NCBI RefSeq assembly: GCF_902713615.1
Contig: NW_024055498.1
Location: 4,520,554-4,584,553, forward strand
Direction: 5' to 3'
Source of the DNA: Scyliorhinus canicula
Lineage: Eukaryota
DNA: 64,000 nucleotides
The position numbers and the translations under genes are program-made. Below are positions 58,746 to 64,000 of the stretch, piece after piece. Within the stretch, counting starts at the first letter, position 1; every line of letters starts with the position of its first letter. Under the pieces are notes generated by a model. That model saw only the letters and a program-made list of their open reading frames with translations, was not told the origin of the DNA and made no database searches.

Positions 58746-59231
58746 TTAAGTGAATGAAATTAATTAGATTCGTTTATTGTCGCAAGCAGGCTTCAGTGAA
58801 GTAACTGTGAAAAGCCACTACTCGCCACATTCCAGCGCCTGTTCAGGGAGGCTGGTACGGGAATGGAACCGTGCTGGTGGCCTGCTTGGTCTGCTTTCAA
58901 AGCCAGCAATTTAGCCCAGTGAGCTAAACCAGCAGTCTGGCCAGTCTGTGTATCAGATGGTCGGCTGGTATCAGTTAGAGACGGGGTATTAGTTTTCACA
59001 GCTGTATATGTTTTAATGCTGCTCTCTGAGGTGTTGAGTTTGAATGTGCTGCAGCCTCTGAGTTTTCTGAGGTTCCAATGGTTCTAAAGATTTTCTTAGT
59101 TTGAGGGTCTGAATTAGATTTAGATATGGGATCACATACTTTGCGCTTAAAACAGTTCCAGATTTTGGAGACATTGAAATGTGCTACTTAGGCTCAGACA
59201 GAACGTACTGACATCAAATAAAGGAATGGTC

Positions 59232-59925
59232 TCAGATAGAGGCAGCTACATCCCAGAGGGCAGTGGAACCACCCAGAGAAACACACTGACAATTGGAACT
59301 GAATCACTGAATGGTCACAGGTACAGAGGCAGCTCCATCCCAGAGTGCAGTGGACCCACCCAGAGAAACACACTGACAATTGGAACTGAATCACTGAATG
59401 GTCACAGTTACAGAGACAGCGACACCCCAGAGTGCAGTGGACCCACCCAGAGAAACACACTGACAATTGGAACTGAATCACTGAATGGTCACAGTTACAG
59501 AGACAGTTACACCCCAGAGTGCAGTGGACCCACCCAGAGAAACACACTGACAATTGCAACTGAATCACTGAATGGTCACAGATAGAGGCAGCTACACCCC
59601 AGGGTGCAGTGGAACCACCCAGAGAAACACACTGACAATTGGAACTGAATCACTGAATGGTCACAGATAGAGGCAGCTACACCCCAGGGTGCAGTGGAAC
59701 CACCCAGAGAAACACACTGACAATTGGAACTGAATCACTGAATGGTCACAGATAGAGGCAGCTACACCCCAGAGTGCAGTGGAACCACCCAGAGAAACAC
59801 ACTGACAATTGGAACTGAATAACTGAATGGTCAGAGTTACAGAGGCAGCTACATCCCAGAGTGCAGTGAAACGACCCAGAGAAACACACTGACAATTGGA
59901 ACTGAATCACTGAATGGTCACAGTG
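59232..59925. repeat. Tandem repeat, 8 copies of 85 or 87 bp
   Basis: Marker gagaa ends at 59280, 59367, 59454, 59541, 59626, 59711, 59796, 59883. Confidence 0.95.
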
Positions 59926-60759
59926 GTGTGAGGGTTATCACTGTAACAGTCTGAGATCTAGAGATGGGACTGATGTTGTCTGAGTGGACAGTATCATTTC
60001 TGTTAGTGTTAGCTGAACAATGTGATCAACACAGTTCAGCGTTTGGAAAGTGGTTACTCACTCAAAAGAGAATATTTTATTTCACTGAACACAATATCGT
60101 AATCTGTTTGTTCATATATTTCTAATAATAACGTGTACGATTTCACAACCTCAATATCCCTGATGTGGTCCCCCAGGGTATAAATTAAATGCTTTGGGAA
60201 CATATAACCTCGGAGTTTCAGACACAGAGACTGACACCAGCACGAAAGGACACATCACTTCATACAGGCTAAATCGCTGGCTTTTAAGGCAGACCAAGCA
60301 GGCCAGCAGCACGGTTCGATTCCCGTACCAGCCTCCCCGGACAGGCGGCGGAATGTGGCGACTAGGGGCTTTTCACAGTAACTTCATTGAAGCCTACTCG
60401 TGACAATAAGCGATTTTCATTTTCATTTTCAAGTGAATATCACCATTGAACTTGTGTAAATCTGTGTGTGAGCGGCTCTCTGATTTGAAACTTTGAGTGA
60501 AAATGTTTAATCCTGATCTCGAGCTCACTGTTATACAGACACATGATCAACGATATAATTGTCAAATGTATTTAAGCATGTCAATGGTTTCAATCCCTTC
60601 CATCAAATCACAATAAACCTCTGTTTGTTACTCACTGGATCTCTGACCGGTGAAGTTATGATATTGAGTGGCATCTTGTATAATGTTAGATTGGATCTCA
60701 GTGAAGGCAATTTCTCTGAAGGGAGGTTTAGGAGGAGAAAGAATTAAAGCAGACTGCGT

Positions 60760-60960
60760 GTGGGTAACTAACCAGAGTGGAATATCTGACAGCTGTGAGG
60801 AAGTGTTACTGGAAGTATCTCAGTGTAGAATTGGAATGAGTGTGGGTCTCTCGCCAGAGTGGAATATCTGACAGCGGTGAACAAGGATTACTGGAAGTAT
60901 CTGACAGTGTAGAATTGTACTGAGTGTGGGTCTCTAACCAGAGTGGAATATCTGATCTAA
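60760..60960. repeat. Diverged ~80-bp tandem repeat, about 3 copies (ccagagtggaatatctga)
   Basis: 18-mer recurs at ~60772, ~60854 and ~60939. Confidence 0.7.
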
Positions 60961-62459
60961 TTATCTCTCGATTACTGAGGCTATCTGTCCATGTGTAATT
61001 GTATTGTGTGTGGGTCAGTAACTGGACTGACATTAGTTAGTTCTATTTTGAAATGATGTATTTTATTGGTGAGTTGTTGCTTCATTCTGTGGAGTTCTCT
61101 ATGTGAGTTTTAACTTTGGAATAGGTTGAAAAGAGGAAGAGTTTGAAAATGAAATGAAAATGAAAATCGTTTATTGTCACGAGTAGGCTTCAATGAAGTC
61201 ACTGTGAAAAGCCCCTAGTCGCCACATCCCGGCGCCTGTCCGGAGAGGCTGGTACGGGAATCGAACCGTGCTGCTTGGCCTGCTTTAAAAGCCAGGGATT
61301 TAGCCCAGTGAGCTATACCAGTCCCCAGTGAGCTAAACCAGCCCCTAGTGAGCTAAACCAGCCCCTGTTTGGTTGGGTTTTGAAGATGTTTGATATTTAT
61401 TGTATGGAGTGAAATGTCCCTATCTCTGTTTTCTATTGACCTACCCCAACAGGAACAAACATGATCCACACTTCAATATTTCATAAAACCCACAACAGTG
61501 CAGTATTCCAATATGTTTTGTGATATTTTCTCATTTCTATTCATTCTGAAATGAACTCACAGGTTTGATCAATTGTTATGGATGTTTTTAAACTGTTTCT
61601 GCTTCACACGAATTGTGAATCTATTCACCTGAACCCAGAAACCCCTCCAGTCCATTCACACACTTGTTTTCCAAGGAGTGATTGCGGGACTTATTGTTCT
61701 GATCAAAATGCAGCAGCAGACACTGATCTGTCGGGAAATTAATTTCCCGTTGGAATACCCACTTTGCAAATTCATAATTACTGATAATGTGTTCTTGTAA
61801 TTAGTTATATTCTTCCTCTGTATTCACTATCACTCTCAATTTGATTTTGTCTGTAAATTGTTCAATTATCGGACTGCTTCCCGATTCCGTAATGATGATG
61901 GGAATGGGGAAGGAGAGTGATCCCAATGCTGACCCTTGTGGAACACCACTTCCCACCTTCCACCAATCAGCCTAAATCCCTTTACCTCCTCTCCCTGTTT
62001 TATGTGTGTGTCGCCAGCATGTGTCAATTCTGCTGCTATGTCCCCTAACTCCACTGGCTCTGAGATTACCCATCAGTCTGTTATGTTGGATCTAACTGAC
62101 GGCCTTTAGAAACTCAAATTGTTTAACATCTATTATACTACTCAGATCTATTATTTCTGATAGTTATTACAATAATTGGATGAAATGTGTCAGGAATAAT
62201 GTTAACTTTGGAATATGTGCCGACTATTTAGTAGACTCTGTGTTATTGGATTTCTTTAACTCAGACTTCTAATTCCCTTTTTCCAACTGTTGACATTGTG
62301 ACTGGAAGATTTTATTATGTTCTGTTGTAAATTCAAGAATAACAGAGACCGACTTCTGCTTTTCAATTCTTTGGTAATTATTCTGATGGTGATCAGTGAG
62401 TAGATAATATTGTCTCTGCTGTTTCTCACTGTCTATTTTATGAATATTTGTTGCTGAAA

Positions 62460-63990
62460 ACCATCTGCCTCCAGTCATCTCCCTCTACCTGGACCCCACC
62501 CTCTGGCTTCCTATCAGCTCTTGATCTTTTCATTGAGATCTGTCAGTGCAACATCGACCGTCTCAATTTCTCTGTGAAATGAAAAATGAAATGAAAATCG
62601 CTTATTGTCACAAGTAGGCTTCAATGAAGTTACTGTGAAAAGCCCCTAGTCGGCACATTCCGGCGCCTGTCCGGGGAGGCTGGTACGGCTGGTGCCTCTC
62701 ACCAACTCTATCCTGACTCACTCGAAACTTGCTCCAAACCTCTCTCTAATATCCAACCCTGACCTGGTGATCTGAGCTGCCCACAAGGGCGGTGCCATTA
62801 TTGTCTGGTGTACTGACTTCCTCCTCACAGAGACTGACCGTCAACTCTCAGGCCCATCCTGCTACCTCCTCCTAGACCAGCACCACACCACCAAACATCA
62901 TGATATTGTTCCCAGGATACTCACTGACCTCATTGGCTCTGGATATCCTCTGTTCACAGCCTCAGACATCATCGTCCCACAACCCCACACATCCTGCATC
63001 AACCTCCTGCTTCTACCTCCTTCCCAAAATCCACAAACAGGAAAGTCCCAGTAGACCCATTATTCCGGCCTGTTTCATCCCAGCAAGATCATTTCTTCCT
63101 ATCTTGATTTCATCCGCTTTACCTTATTCTGCCCCTTCCTAATGACATTGGCGGAACAGTGACACAGTGGTTTGCACTGCTGCCTCACAGCACCAGGGTC
63201 CCCAGATCAATTCCCACCTTGGGTCACTGTCTGTGTGGAGACTGCAGTTATCCCCCTGTCTCCGTGGGTTTCCTCCAGGTGCTCTGGTTTCCTCCCACAG
63301 TCCAAAGATGTGCAGGTTAGGTGGACTGGCCATGATAAATTAATCCGTAGCGTCCAAAAAATGTGTAAATTCGATTAAGGGGTTAATTAGATAGGCGGGG
63401 GTGTGAGCTTGGTTGAGTTACTCTTTTAGAGGTTTGGTACAGACTTAATGGGCCGAATGACCTCCTTTTGCACTGTGGGAAGCCTATGATTCCTGATTCC
63501 TCTGGTGCCGTATGTCATATAAGGAAGGTCCATTTTCCTGGCCCCAACCGCCTAATCTTCACAATGGATGCCCAATTCTCTGCAGGTCCGTTCCCCAACA
63601 GGAGGGTTATGTACAGATCCTCATATCCTGCTTCCTGTGAAGACTGCATCTGATTCTCCCACTTTCTCCGCCTCCATCGCTTCTGTTCTGATGATGACGT
63701 GTTCGAAAATAGCCTGTCTGGCATGTCTGTCTTTTCCTTAACCGGGGCTGTCCCCACCACCTTCCTTTTGTTAACAGGGCTCTCAATCGTGTTCAATTCA
63801 TTTCTCACACCTCTGTCCTCACACATCCCCCTCCCTCCCGGAAAGATGATAATGTCTCCCTATTCTCAATTTCCACACCATCAGCCTCCACATTGAAAGG
63901 AAATTCCTCCACCATTTCTGTCAACTCCAGCATAATGTCACCACCAAAGACATCTTCACCTCTCTCCAACCACCCCCCTCAATGTCTGCA
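62460..63990 (+). mobile_element. Decayed Penelope-like retroelement RT region, interrupted by two SINEs (~62575-62690, ~63150-63470)
   Basis: FYLLPKIHK...P.RPII motif at ~63010-63070; IPFSHFLRLHRFCSDD-like C-terminal motif at ~63650. Confidence 0.75.
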
Positions 63991-64000
63991 TTCCTCGGGT

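Noticed and set aside
55444-58757. ORFs in the 31-bp satellite and CT tract
   Set aside because: Low-complexity translation artefacts
1-64000. D, J, C segments or germline-joined VJ
   Set aside because: No 12-RSS-flanked FGxG segment or C exon recognised; every V 3' end found runs into its own RSS or is truncated

Overview
Eukaryotic DNA, most likely from a cartilaginous fish (shark). This is inferred from HE1-like V-SINEs, CR1, Rex1/Babar and Penelope repeats and from the V-domain sequences. The window is part of a T-cell receptor alpha/delta variable-segment array. I find five apparently intact V segments, each with a leader exon, phase-1 intron, V exon and 23-type RSS, all on the + strand within the first 26 kb (V1 2815, V3 14355, V4 19898, V5 22241, V6 25056). 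There are also six V pseudogenes (five on the minus strand, one on the plus strand) and orphan leader exons. No D, J or C segments were seen. From 30.5 to 54.3 kb the V array is interleaved with tRNA genes. A direct segmental duplication (26.9-36.4 kb vs 48.5-55.2 kb) carries V pseudogenes with tRNA-Thr(CGT), tRNA-Asn and an unusual intron-containing tRNA-Pro(TGG). The two copies flank a ~2.3 kb-period tandem array of Val-Arg-Val tRNA triplets (36.8-46.5 kb). Strong CTCF-type motifs sit next to RSSs and in a conserved V promoter module. The rest is retroelements (including a young Rex1/Babar copy with an open frame), SINEs and satellites (35, 31 and 85/87 bp units). All alignments were done by eye, and repeat boundaries are approximate.
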